Shown one piece after another: positions 13,684 through 25,409 of a stretch of 64,000 nucleotides of DNA. The DNA is from Antedon mediterranea (Eukaryota > Animalia > Echinodermata). The position numbers and the translations under genes were made by a program. The stretch lies in NCBI RefSeq assembly GCF_964355755.1, contig NC_092675.1, forward strand, positions 30,166,912 to 30,230,911, given 5' to 3'. Each line of letters begins with the position of its first letter. Within the stretch, counting starts at the first letter, position 1. The notes under the pieces are model-generated. The model saw only the letters and a list, made by a program, of their open reading frames with translations. It was not told the DNA's origin and searched no databases.

Positions 13684-13760
13684 CTCGCCGTGGTACGGAC
13701 ATTTGCATATCTTGCAGAAGGTCTAGGTTCAAACCTCGGTTTGAGCGACTTTTTCTTTTT
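13684..13760 (+). mobile_element. tRNA-derived SINE head remnant
   Basis: tggta...ggttcaaacc B-box-like motif followed by a T-run; does not fold as a complete tRNA. Confidence 0.35.
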
Positions 13761-13956
13761 TAACTAAAATTTCAGTATCACCGGGCGGTTTAGAATTAAT
13801 GTTCTGTGCCTGATGCGTTTACAATTCACAATTACATTAACAATATTAAATACCGGTAGTAAACCAAAAGAAGCAAGTGTTTGCCAGTTTGGTAACCATT
13901 ATTTAAATGCATTTAAATGTACGGTACATAAAACATTCAAAAAAGATTATGTACAA

Positions 13957-14127
13957 AAAAGGGAAAAGCATTGGTCAAGACTGTTCAGCATCTCCGGTGG
14001 GGCACTCCCCTCTAGGGATACGGGGAAAATTACTCTACTCTACTTTAATAGTGACGCACACAAGCGCAACCATCAATAAAAGGGAAAAGCATTGGTCAAG
14101 ACTGTTCAGCATCTCCGGTGGGGCACT
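13957..14127 (+). repeat. 50-bp direct duplication
   Basis: aaaagggaaaagcattggtcaagactgttcagcatctccggtggggcact at ~13957 and ~14078. Confidence 0.9.
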
Positions 14128-14403
14128 ACGATCATTGTCACAAAACCTTCTTCAAGAGCGTAGAGCGAAAAATCAGTGGGGTCAGAGATCTTTTTACGTT
14201 GCGGCCGCAAGTGTATGGAACAGCTTACCAGCAACAGTTAAATGCTCAACTAGTCAAAACAGTTTCAAGACCAACCTAAAGACGTCGCTATTCGCTGATG
14301 TTCTCGCACGTTGTTAATGCACAAAGCGCCATGAGCGCCACATGGGTGGAGGATACCGGCGCTATATAAGTCTTCATTTATTATTATTATTATTATTATT
14401 AAT
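14128..14403 (+). mobile_element. L2-type LINE 3' end with (ATT)n tail
   Basis: RSFYVAAASVWNSLPATVK...FKTNLKTSLF then aaagcgcc...gcgctatataag and (att)n. Confidence 0.85.
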
Positions 14404-14669
14404 AAAAGTGACCATCACAGTGAGGTATAAAAGAACAAAAACAGGATGGACCCTGTTTGTCTCTCTCGGAAGCACTAAACCATTATTAATTTAAAACATA
14501 GCCATATTTACCAATGGTAGACGTCATGCTTATTAGACAGTATTATCATAAAAATAAGACATATTTTGCCGGTACGAAAAATCAAATAGTTTAGTCAAAT
14601 TAGTTTAAGCATTGACGAAAAACACCGTGCCACTTTTTGATAAATTAATCAGATTTAAATGAAACTTAC

Positions 14670-14771
14670 ATAATTGACGGTTTTCAAATATGTCCCAAAA
14701 TTAAAAATAGATATAACAATAACACATACAACGAAACATAGAAGAAAACGTCGACGGTCGAAAAAAATCAT
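14670..14771 (-). CDS. NXPE3: NXPE family member, first coding exon (type II signal anchor; not in ORF track)
   Basis: ATG at 14771 gives MIFFDRRRFLLCFVVCVIVISIFNFGTYLKTVNY|gtaag, phase 0, matching exon 2. Confidence 0.8.
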
Positions 14772-15688
14772 AATGCTGTTTTTGTCGTTATGTATAATAC
14801 AAGTATGCTGTCACAAGTGTCATAAGTTGTGTATATATTTTGCTAGTCTATTTTTACTTTTTGTTTTTTAATATTTATTCTGTTTTAGGAAGCCATTGTG
14901 TGAAGCCAGTGGAGCAGAGTATTGTGTTGCAGAGAAGAATGGTGTGGAGAGATGATTGGTCGAGAGGTATAAGAGTTAGATTAGGGTGTGAGATGTTGAT
15001 TGGTGGATAAGGTGGTGGTGATCATTGAGAATTGGTTGGGGGTTTTATTTTGTGGGGATTTTTTTTTGGTTTGGGATTAGAAAGAAAAGAATTATTAAAT
15101 TTACTTTTACACATTATTGAGAGTTGTACAGTTGTGACTATTTACCGTTGTTTACCGGTGGTTCAAATAAATTACATAGCAGTTGCGGCTGTGTGACGTA
15201 GAGCTAATGATATTGTCATATTTTTTCATTTCATTTATTTATTCGACCAATACACAGATACAGAACAGAAACAAAGCACAATGGTCAGGGACAACTAAAG
15301 CAAAACAATTACTATAACTCAAAGAGTCAGTTGCCCCTTAAAAAACATCGAAATACAAAAAATATTGCACCAAGTAAAACATTTGTACAAGCTTATACAA
15401 AAGTATCTTAAGACTCAAAATGAGTATAAGGGATCGGTACATAAATATACTAATTTAAAAGATAAAAAGATTAAAAATTGAAACAACATCTCTTTCAGTG
15501 AGGTAATGTCGGACTTTCGAAAAAAGCATGTTAAAGAGACCTCAACTGCTGAATTTCTTACATCATCATTTTTGTGAAAGTGACGAGCAGCTTATATTGT
15601 GGATAAGCGATAGTTGGCGCTAGTTGGTGCTTTCTCCCAGAGCCATATATAAAGAGTTGCGACTTCGAATGGAGTAGAAGGCATAATA

Positions 15689-16075
15689 TTGTGTCCAACT
15701 ATGTAGAGTATGGAGTTTTGTTTTAAAAATGTATAACGTTCAAAAGGCTTTAACTATCGAATTTAATATCAAAACAACCAATTTGCTAAAATAATAATAA
15801 ATTATAAAGTTACGATTTTAAACAAAATAGCAATTTCGGTCTACACGTGTGCGTTTAGTTTGTACAGCGATTTTCTATAGTAAATGCATTGTTTTTACAT
15901 TTTGTTGTTTAAAATCATGTTCACAGTAACTTTATGATTTCGTTATTATCTTAACAAAAACCTATAAACAAATTGATTGTTTTGATATTAAATTCGATAT
16001 TAAAAGCCTCGTGAATGTTATACATTTTTTAAGCAAATCCATAGGCCTACTCTACATAGGCATAGTTGGACACAA
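15689..16075. mobile_element. Foldback MITE with long inverted arms
   Basis: ttgtgtccaactatgtagagtatgga...gaatttaatatcaaaacaa mirrored by ttgttttgatattaaattcgat...gttggacacaa. Confidence 0.85.
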
Positions 16076-16169
16076 AGATGGCCGGTGTGCACAACGTAAC
16101 TTTCTAAAATCCGTGAACGCAATGCCGTAACTCTTTATATAGTAGGCCTACAGGAAAACAATGAAATAT

Positions 16170-18263
16170 GGTTGACAAAAATTCAATAGAATTTATTTCA
16201 CCACAATGCATTTCTATAAGGTCCCTATATAAACATATCAAGTCTAGAAAAATCCAGGTAATAGGGGTTTTTAAACAAATGGCCGCCACTGAAAGTGAAA
16301 ATTCCTAAAAATAAAAAATAACATAAACGATAGATATAATTACCACTTTATAACGTTTTTGCATTTTCTTTATACATTTATTTACAGTTTTGAAGATCTC
16401 AAAGTGCTATTAATTAGAAAATTGCCGCAAAAAACATATAGTATATAGGATATCAAAATGAGCGGACGGTAGAATTTTGAATTTGAAATTGTGGGTTGGA
16501 AATGATGAGTCAACATATTTATACATTTTAAAATACATTTTAAAATACATTATAAAATATATCGTGATTTTTAAAGTTGAGGGATATTGAACATTTGCTA
16601 CATTTGAACCGTCCCAACAGTACAAGGCCTATTAGGTTAAGAGATACAATGAACAAATAATTTAACAAGGAACTACTTTATTGAAACAAATTGGTGGTAA
16701 GGGCTTCCTGTTTTTTACATCGTTGACCTGAGAAGAACCTGAGTTGAATGCTTACTATACTAAGTACAAAAACAAACAAAAAACCACAAAATCATAATAA
16801 TCAAAATAGTTTTAAAATAGCAGACTAGTTTTTAACAAAGTAGTACTATAAGTTTTTTTGTTTATTTATCAAATGTATTAGTGGACCCTCTATTACTATA
16901 TACTATGTACAGCTTGCCTCATCCTTAAGATGGGGTGTAAAGGCATTGTTAAATCCTTGAATGCACATGTGAATAATACTGTAGAAAGCCACTCCGAGAG
17001 TGCATATGTGTCTCCGCCTACATAAGATTTACTCTCCGAAAATATGAAAAAATTGTATGTGTCTTAATGCTGTGTGTGATTTAGACTAATAAAATAGATT
17101 TTATTTAAACTGAAATTTTGCTTTTTGCAACTTTTTCACAAAACAATAGTCTTCATTGACTTCCCTCCATATAGCTACCAATACCAAATTCTTCTGATGC
17201 AATGATTATTTTTTTTCTTTTGGAAAGTGTTTGGTTTACACAATTTGACTTTTAAGACAACTTTTCCTAAACCAAATTTACTGACAGCCCATAATTATTA
17301 GTCATCAAAACATATATGCCTTCACATAAATTAATTGATGTAGCATGGCTCGCCCATTGAGACACAGTGGGCAGTGAGATGAAGGTTTATGAGTGGTCTA
17401 GAAGTATGTATGGAGTGCAGGACTGTAGGAAAAGTACAAAGTTTGTAAATGATGCATGTGTATGACTGTCTCTCATAGCCATAATACCGTCTTTTAAACA
17501 GTATCTGCTGAGAGGGAATGTGCACTGCTTCTCTATTAATGTCATGGCTGCTTCATTCATTGATTTAATACTGTATGTTATCGATGGGGAAGTACTGTAA
17601 ATGCATTATATACATGTAAAGTATTTCCTTTGTGCTTTTTATACATGGAATACACCTAATCCGGTATAGAAAAAGGTGTGCTTACAAACTGTGTAAAACC
17701 AAACTTCTCCAAAAAAGGAAATTTGCATTGGGATAGCTACATAATGGAGGGAACTAAGGAGAATTTGGATAACCTAACGTTATTGACGGTTCTATGAGAA
17801 ATCAGCACATGCTCAATTCCTATCTATAGACGGGGTATGATGGATTAATTGATTGCAAGATTGTAGTTTATTGTTGTGACAGTACAAATCTAAGTTTTAT
17901 TAGATACCGTAGTCCTATGCATTATAATGCATATGACTATGCTGTCTATTATAACGTGGTGATATTGATACTTAGATGTTTGCTTTTGCTGCCATTTTCT
18001 AATAGCACTTAAATTAAATGTATATTGCAGTTGAAATGTTTGAAACTAAAGAAACATAAAAGCACTTTAAAAACTGCTATGGTAATTAGATCTACTATTT
18101 ATATTTGTTTGTCCTTGTTTACACATTTTCGCCATCGGCGGCCAATTTTGTTTAAAACCCTATTTCCCTTAGCTGGATTTTTCTGAGACTTTTAGTATGT
18201 TCATATATGGACCTTATCGAAATGCATTGTGGTGAAAACAATTCTGTTGCAATTTTGTCAACC
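16170..18263. mobile_element. ~2.1-kb element bounded by ~120-bp imperfect inverted repeats, with an inner inverted pair (17160-17250 / 17685-17755)
   Basis: ggttgacaaaa...caccacaatgcattt...ataaggtcc...ggccgcc mirrored by ggcggcc...ggaccttat...aaatgcattgtggtg...ttttgtcaacc. Confidence 0.65.
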
Positions 18264-18427
18264 TTTTATTAATTCTGAGCATATCTTTCCTGTACTAATA
18301 TGACTCTGCGCAAGATAGATAACTGTTGCTACTGTAGGTCCCATTCTACAATATTACGCCAACTGTAATCCCATGAACGCCATTCGAGCAAACATTTAGC
18401 CACAATTTACCAGCCGGGTATTTTGTC

Positions 18428-18724
18428 CGCCCGAATGGATGGATAATGAAAGTTATTTATCTTGCGGCGCTATACAATCTTTGCATTCTCTAGCGGTAAC
18501 CAAGCATAGGCTTAAGTAATTCCACACATTTGGTTGTTTATTTATTTTTTTTCTTGAATTATTAAAGGTAACTCCCGGTATATTTTTTTCTAAATTTCTA
18601 TTGTTTGTTATAAAATAACAACCTTGCATCGGAATTCATAATAATCCCACCTACGCCCGAATGGATTCCAAGTTATTTATCTTGCGGCGCTATACAATCT
18701 TTGAATTCTAGCGGTAACCAAGCA
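18428..18724 (+). repeat. ~75-bp direct duplication
   Basis: cgcccgaatggat..aagttatttatcttgcggcgctatacaatctttg..tagcggtaaccaagca at ~18428 and ~18654. Confidence 0.85.
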
Positions 18725-18728
18725 ATCA

Positions 18729-19870
18729 TCTATATATAAATTTACGTAAGGGCAAAAATCGGTCAATCGCGCGTTACTTCTAGAATGTTTACTCGATGGT
18801 ATATAAAGTTGGTTCGTACTTTCGATACTGATTTTAACCACCTGATGTAACACTGTTTACTAATTAAATTGAGTTCGATAATTAGTTATTGACAATTAAA
18901 ACGAATTTAGGTTCAACGATTTGCCCCAAATAGGGGTGTTTTCCGATCGTGGTATACACTAAATGCATGTCCATCTTGAAAAATACCCGCATACAATAAT
19001 ACGAGGACGCTTCGCATTTTCCTATCTCCTCCTACGATAATTGTTTTTAATAATGGCTGAAAACCGGTTGAACAGCTCGAGTACAGCATCATAATGTTGA
19101 AGACAGGCCGATTTTCTTTAAAGAATACTATTTTGATAGATTTAATATACCTTTATACAAATGTATTGATTTGCGATGAATGGAACATTCCAATCTTTGT
19201 TCTACAAGTGTCTATTCCCTCAGGCGTCGTAAAGGCAAGTACTGTACAGGTAGGCCTAATGTATACTCAAAACAGAAATTCGATCCATTTTTTATTCAAT
19301 CTGTGCTGCAGAGGTTGGATATAGATTTTTTTTAAACAGATAATGAGCTAGTGTTTCCAGTGGCCGTATATTTATGTACAAATCTTTATTATTGCAGTTA
19401 AACCACCCACATCATCACCCTTCCCTCACTGGCATGAGTAGCGTTGTAAAGACAGTAGAGGATAGGCCTACAGGGGCCTATAGTGCATCACATGCCCTCC
19501 CTAAACGCACAACAACTTTGGTGGGTAGGGTAGGAACCAACTTAAGTATGAATTGGCTCTAAGAAACAATTGAAAACCATAAAGAATATATTTAAAAATT
19601 GTTCCTGTTTGCACCCATCCTCTTCCCCATCCCTTAACCCTAATGTTACATATAAAACACAAATTAAGTTTGTTTAAATTTGACAATTGGTCTTATTTTG
19701 TGACAAGTTTCTCTTTCGGAAGTAATTCCCAGGGTGCTAATTTTAGTTGAGTGCATAAATCACAGTGTCTATTTATTCGTTCCTGTAAACGACAGTGTAC
19801 GTACATTTGAAATCGCCAGTTTTTTTAATCTGTGGGCACAACCTAGATGGTACGCTCGCGTACCATCTAG
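18729..19870 (+). mobile_element. Non-autonomous Helitron
   Basis: A|TCTATATATAAA 5' end at 18729; 3' atggtacgc-tc-gcgtaccat hairpin + CTAG|T at 19870; A|T target, no TSD. Confidence 0.65.
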
Positions 19871-20164
19871 TTAAAGTAATTTGACCAATTTAGTTTTCAC
19901 TCTTTCTTGGTCACACTTGCGTTGTGCTTACGTCGTGATGTTGCATCCAAATGAGAATCCAGGAAACACATGATTTATAATGAAATCTAAATAAAAACAC
20001 AAATGTGGTTTATGACATTATATACGCAGAAGGATCTTTGATCGGATTATGATACCGGCTATTGTATTTGCGTTAGCAAGATCCTATAATATATTATAAA
20101 TAACTAACGATTCTGAGAAAATCAATCAATCAATATATCTTAAATCAATCAATTATCTTTATTT

Positions 20165-20214
20165 AAATCAATGCATATAACCTATAATTCGTCATAGTGA
20201 CGAATTAAATCTAG
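20165..20214 (+). mobile_element. Helitron-type 3' terminus, copy 2
   Basis: Identical to 4951-5000. Confidence 0.7.
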
Positions 20215-20512
20215 TTTGATTTTGTTTCCTTCACTTCATATCATAATCTATGAACGATTTCTTAGGCTGCCATGGAAAGGATAAAACAGAAAAGACCATT
20301 ATATTGGTGTCTTTTCACCGTTTCAATTTTTCCAGCTGTTTATTCTGATTCAGTAAAATATGTTTGGCAACATTCTGTCAATTTGTAAAACTTACAACTT
20401 AAAATGTATTAAAATGTAATTAAATATTGTGAACATTCGGGTAAAATATAAACATATTTTTATATTGCTATGTAGTTCCTTGATAGTAAACCAGTCATGT
20501 AAACTTAAGTTT

Positions 20513-20559
20513 GCAAGACAGTTTCGTCTAGCTGTCAGCTTCTTGACTTCTTCAATTGC
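20513..20559 (-). ncRNA. Minimal type I hammerhead ribozyme motif (C3U variant) in a Penelope-like 3' remnant
   Basis: Minus strand gcaa-UUGAAGA-a-guc..agcu gac agcu..gac-GAAAC-u-GUC-uugc; upstream 20640-20860 weakly resembles a decayed GIY-YIG C-terminus. Confidence 0.6.
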
Positions 20560-21429
20560 TATGCGTTATGACGCCGATTGGTCTCCTTTCCAGCCACTGG
20601 ATGTTTTTGGTGTGTAGCCTAGGGGACCAGTCGTTGTCAGGAGTTGATGATACATTTATATTGTCTAATATTTGTAAGGAACGAATTATTCAGTTCATAC
20701 TTTACCTGGAGCTATTTTAGCATCTGTAGTATGCAAATAAAATTCATTTATGTATCTATTTGCTCTGCGTTTGTATCAAGCACTTTTGTTCATCAATTGT
20801 ATCAGTTTATTAAACATATGTTTGTAGATTAGCTACCGTTGCTGTAAACAAATTCATTATTGTGATCTATAGATTTGAAGTTAAATTTGGATTTAAATCA
20901 AAGCTCTCTAATTACTTTATTTATTATTTTACTCCACTCTTAATTTTCACACTCAAAAGAAACACATGTTGTTTATTGTTTTCTTTTCTTAAAATAGTTA
21001 TTAAAACAATTGTCTATTGTTTGTTATAAAATAACAAACTTGCATCAAAATTGATAATAAACTCACCTACAGATTTTTTTTCGTCAGCAGTAAAGCATTG
21101 TGTATTTCATAACAACGTGTAACCGGCCATATTGACATAATTCCAAACAATAAATTGGCCTCTGTTTTGATTTAATCCGTTTAAAGAAAAAACCGGTAAT
21201 TTAAATTATTATTTATTTTAAATTTTATTTAAAACATGGGCCTATTTATGCAGGATAAAAATATATCTAACATTCATAAACAAAATGGATCTGGTTAGAC
21301 CTGGTGCTAAATTGGGTCCACTTGATCGAGCAGTACTGTAGTACTATTTCTATTATTGATGTTAATAAAGGTATAAATGGCGCTCCGTAGAGAAGTTAAA
21401 TTATACACATTGTTTATTCTTGTGGGTCA

Positions 21430-21870
21430 AGCTGATATAACATAGAAATAAGTCACGTCACTGAATTTTAATATCTTTTCGTATTTTAATACACTGTGCT
21501 CAAGTGGACCCAATTTTGTACCAGGGAAGCACATTGATATAAAATAGAAATAAGTCACTGAATGTTAATATCTTTTCGTATTTTAATACACTGTGCTCAA
21601 GTGGACCCAATTTGGCGTCAGTGGAGCACAGTGATATAAAATAGAAATAAGTCACTGAATTGTAATATCTTTTCGTATTTTAATACAATGTACTCAAGTG
21701 TACCCAATTTGGCACCAGGCGAGCACAGTGATATAAAATAGAAATAATTCACGGAATTTTAATATCTTTTCGTATGTTAATACACTGTGCTCAAGTGGAC
21801 CCAACTTGGAGCCAGTGGAGCACAGTGATATAAAATAGAAATAAGTCACTGAATTTTAATATCTTTTTGT
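21430..21870 (+). repeat. ~97-bp tandem repeat (4-5 units); inverted copies at 22760-22940 and 27705-27770
   Basis: gatataaaatagaaataagtcactgaattttaatatcttttcgtattttaatacactgtgctcaagtggacccaatttgg repeated. Confidence 0.9.
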
Positions 21871-23091
21871 ATTAAGCATATTTGAATACCTACCGACAAT
21901 ACAGTGTCACATATCTCTATTTATGAATGAAATGGCCTCAATTTTAATGTAAAAAAGGAATTCATTATCTTCGTTACGCGTTACGTATGTAATGTAATGT
22001 ATCTCTCATCATAGTTTGGTATGCCGTTCGTTGTTATACAAATGAGTTTGTGCAGGTGTAGTGGGCAAGATGGTATTGTTAGTCATTCGCGGTCAACGCG
22101 CCCCACTGTTAAATTTTGATTTTGTTAATCAATGTTGCAACATTGGTAGCGAAATGTCCGATTCTTCATAGTAGTTGGTGTGTATGGCCGCATCGTCCCA
22201 GAATAAACATGCCATATAGGCATATACGAAGTCGAGTTTTTAAAGTAGAAAACCCCACCTAAAATGTTGAAGTCGCATCTTGATTTTAACATTATCATAA
22301 TTATCATACTATACTGACTATGTATAGTAATAAGTATAAGTAAGTGCATTTCTGTGCAGGTGTATTATGGTAAAGATGGTATGTTAGTCATTCGCGGTCA
22401 ACACGCCACACTGTTAAATTTTGATGCTGTTAATTATTTACATTAGAAGATTTTTCAAATCATGTAAATAAAATATTTTTCGGGCGGGAAGCTAGCAGTT
22501 CCCCTCGTTTAGTTTGCAAAAGTAATCTCGAAAAGAACTCCGTTTGGAAAAGAAGCCCACCCAAAAGTACTAAAAACGAAGGAGCACATGGGCTGCTTTT
22601 CGAGGTTTTATGGCAGTCTATTTAATGGAAAATAATGCCATGCAACTTTGTTTCTGATTTAAAAAAAGTTCCACTTGACATTTACAATCCTCAAAATATC
22701 TCTCTTCTTTCAAAATAAAAGAAAAACAATATTCATTATTTTCCATTTAAAAAAAAATCCACTGGTACCAAATTGTGTCCACTTGAGCACAGTGTTTTAT
22801 ACGAAGAGATATTAAAATTTAGTGACTTTATTTCTATTTTATATCACTGTGCTCCACTGGGGCCAAATTGGGTCCACTTGAGCACATTGTATTAACATAC
22901 GAAAAGATATTAACATTTAGTGACTTTATTTCTATTTAATTTTTTTTATTAAACCTTATTTTGTGAGGGTGACCCTAAACAGCATATGCAGAAAGTCAAA
23001 AACATATGAAAAAACGGATGAACTATGCTAAAAAAATATAAAAATACATAATACAGTATATATATATTTATGAATTAGATAGAACACGGGC

Positions 23092-23134
23092 GTCTATTAC
23101 ACGGTGTTTCACGTTAAACGATCTTCAGATACAC
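23092..23134 (-). ncRNA. Minimal type I hammerhead ribozyme motif at the 3' end of the Naiad element
   Basis: Minus strand guguau-CUGAAGA-ucguuuaacgu-GAAACACCGUGUA-auagac; core intact, stem I 5/6 paired, stem II weak. Confidence 0.6.
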
Positions 23135-23481
23135 TGAACAATACCGTATCTCGAGGTGTTATAAGGCTTTAGTCAGGTGGTGTGTGTAAATTTTCTTGTT
23201 ATATGACGACATTTCGAAATCAGTTCAGACCTTTTGTTTAACAGATTTGTTTTGTTTGCATTTAGAATACAGTACATAGCTTTTCATCTAAACAAAGACT
23301 ACAACGCCGTAAGCGGCGTTCTTAGTGGAGCAATATTTAATTACTTTCCATTTAATTGTAAACATTACGTCATTACTTTTCAAAGACCATACGTACTTTG
23401 AGAGCTCGGATTCTTTACTGTACGTTTCTTTTTTGAAAGATTTCTTGTGATTGTTAAACCCAGTTTTAAACCCGGGAATGT

Positions 23482-24643
23482 TCTAAGCTATATTTCAACA
23501 TCATCCGCCACCTAGGATTCAAGTTAGGGACCAAAATGTGGTCAAAACCCCCACTTTCGATGTTTGTTCGTTATACAAATTTCTGTTTCTGCACGTAACC
23601 ATACGTATGGGGTATCAAAATGATGGCAATTGTACCCGGAAGGTTTTAAACTACATTTAAAAAAATTCCCCCGACTCCTGGGGTTTTTGTGGGAGGGTGG
23701 GGGGAGGTGGGTGTGGTGGTTTGTGATGTCATTTTTGCTAGGGCTCGGGGTTGTAGGCTATCGAATTGTAAAATTATTCTACAAAAGTTTTACAGTATTT
23801 GAATTATCCTCAGCAAGGCGTTTGGGGAAATATAGATATAGATATACATATTTTATTCATTAACCAATATGACACCTATTCAATTACACATTTAGCAAAG
23901 TATTTTAACCATATCCAGCTATGTATCGGTCTCTTGGATTGTCTTATTACAGACATCCATACCTGTGTGAACATACACATGTTGTTTACTGTTACTGTGT
24001 TCAACTACATCACCAATCCTCCAAGGAAAAAACGTCAATTGTGGGAGAGTGGGGTTGGGAGAGTGGGGTTGGGAGGTAGGGTTCAGGGGATAGTGGGTAT
24101 TTTGCTTACACCAGAATTGTGGTTGGAAAATGTATTTAATCATCCCTGGGAAGCGGATGGGAGTTTGGGGTGGGTATGTAGGCCTATGATTATGACCGAA
24201 ACTGTATTTGGAATGTTTTAAACTACATTTGAAAACTGCCACTGAGGGATTATGATTGTATTGTACTAGGAAAAGTTACTAAATTTGAACTGTTCAGGGG
24301 AGGAGTTAAGGTTTGTTGATGGTGGCTGGGGTGGTGAAAGGAGAAAGAAGGCTGGGGGACCGCAGTATCTAAATTACATATTTTAATTATCAGCCAATAT
24401 GACACCTATTCATTTACACAATTTACAACGTACTTCAACCATTGTTAGACCCATCGTAGCTATGCATACTTACTCAATTCGAAGCTTAGGTTGAATTGAA
24501 TTTGTCCCTGACTGGGAAGAATTTGTTTTTAAGAAAGAGTATGGGGTGTTATTGAAGAGGGGTGGAGGTTGGTGAGTATAGTATGTACTGAGAAGACTGT
24601 GAACTAATTTTGAAACCCGCCCTGGGGCGGGTATAATTGCTAG
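23482..24643 (+). mobile_element. Non-autonomous Helitron-like insertion inside the Naiad GIY-YIG domain
   Basis: T|TCTAAGCTATA 5' end; acccgccc-tg-gggcgggt hairpin + ataattgCTAG|T 3' end; removal rejoins YIG-NIPG-FKT in frame; internal dup 23846-23910 / 24375-24442. Confidence 0.75.
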
Positions 24644-25409
24644 TACCAATATAATGTCTTAGTTTCGTTATTGGTTTTGACGTCGGCGGAGTAGACAATT
24701 TCAGATGCGAGGCATGAACCATTTAGGGGGCATTCGGGTTTGTTGCGGCAATTGCACGCACTTTCTCGTTCTGTATGGGGGTTCAGTACATTGTGGTTAT
24801 GCTTGCTAATTACATTTTTTACACATGGCATACAACTATAGCTTACTTTAACATTGTTCTTATTAAATATTTTATGTAATACGTGTCCATTGGGAAAATG
24901 TTTTTTAATTAATTGTAAAAAGGTTCGTGCGACATTTGTCTTAATGTTCGTACTGAATGGTGGATTGAACCATATTATGTTTCTCCCTCAGTTTCTTCTT
25001 ATACCGGATGCGGAGTGGTGGGTGTAGAGTAAGTTATCTTTGTGTCCGCTTGTTCGAAGTGCTTCGCTGTATAGTTGCTTGGTGTTTTCGAATGTTTCTT
25101 CGTCGCTTGATAATTGACTTATTAACTCCTGCCGGGAGGGTGGTTAGAGGCTATGTTTATGTAAATGGGTTGGTTGCCTGGTTTTCTATATGGTTGGTAT
25201 TTCCCAGTCTGCAAATTAAACGTTACGTCCAAGTAGTTTACGGATTGCTTACTCGATTCCGTAGTTATCTTTAATCCGAAATTACTGAATATTTTATATA
25301 ACTTTGCTTTTATCGCAATAATTTTACGGGATGACACTTCTTGAATGCCGCCAAACCATCGTCTCGGTAGAGGCCGATTAAACTTTTATCGAATTGTTGA
25401 CGAAGTTTG

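Noticed and set aside
13684-13760. tRNA gene (also ~31565-31635)
   Set aside because: Only a B-box-like motif; acceptor and D stems do not form, so treated as SINE remnants.
24986-24992. In-frame TGA as selenocysteine (known in some Naiads)
   Set aside because: The TGA lies in a basic RRN*GRNIIWFNPP stretch and is likely CGA-to-TGA decay; the conserved Cys codons are TGC and the element has frameshifts.
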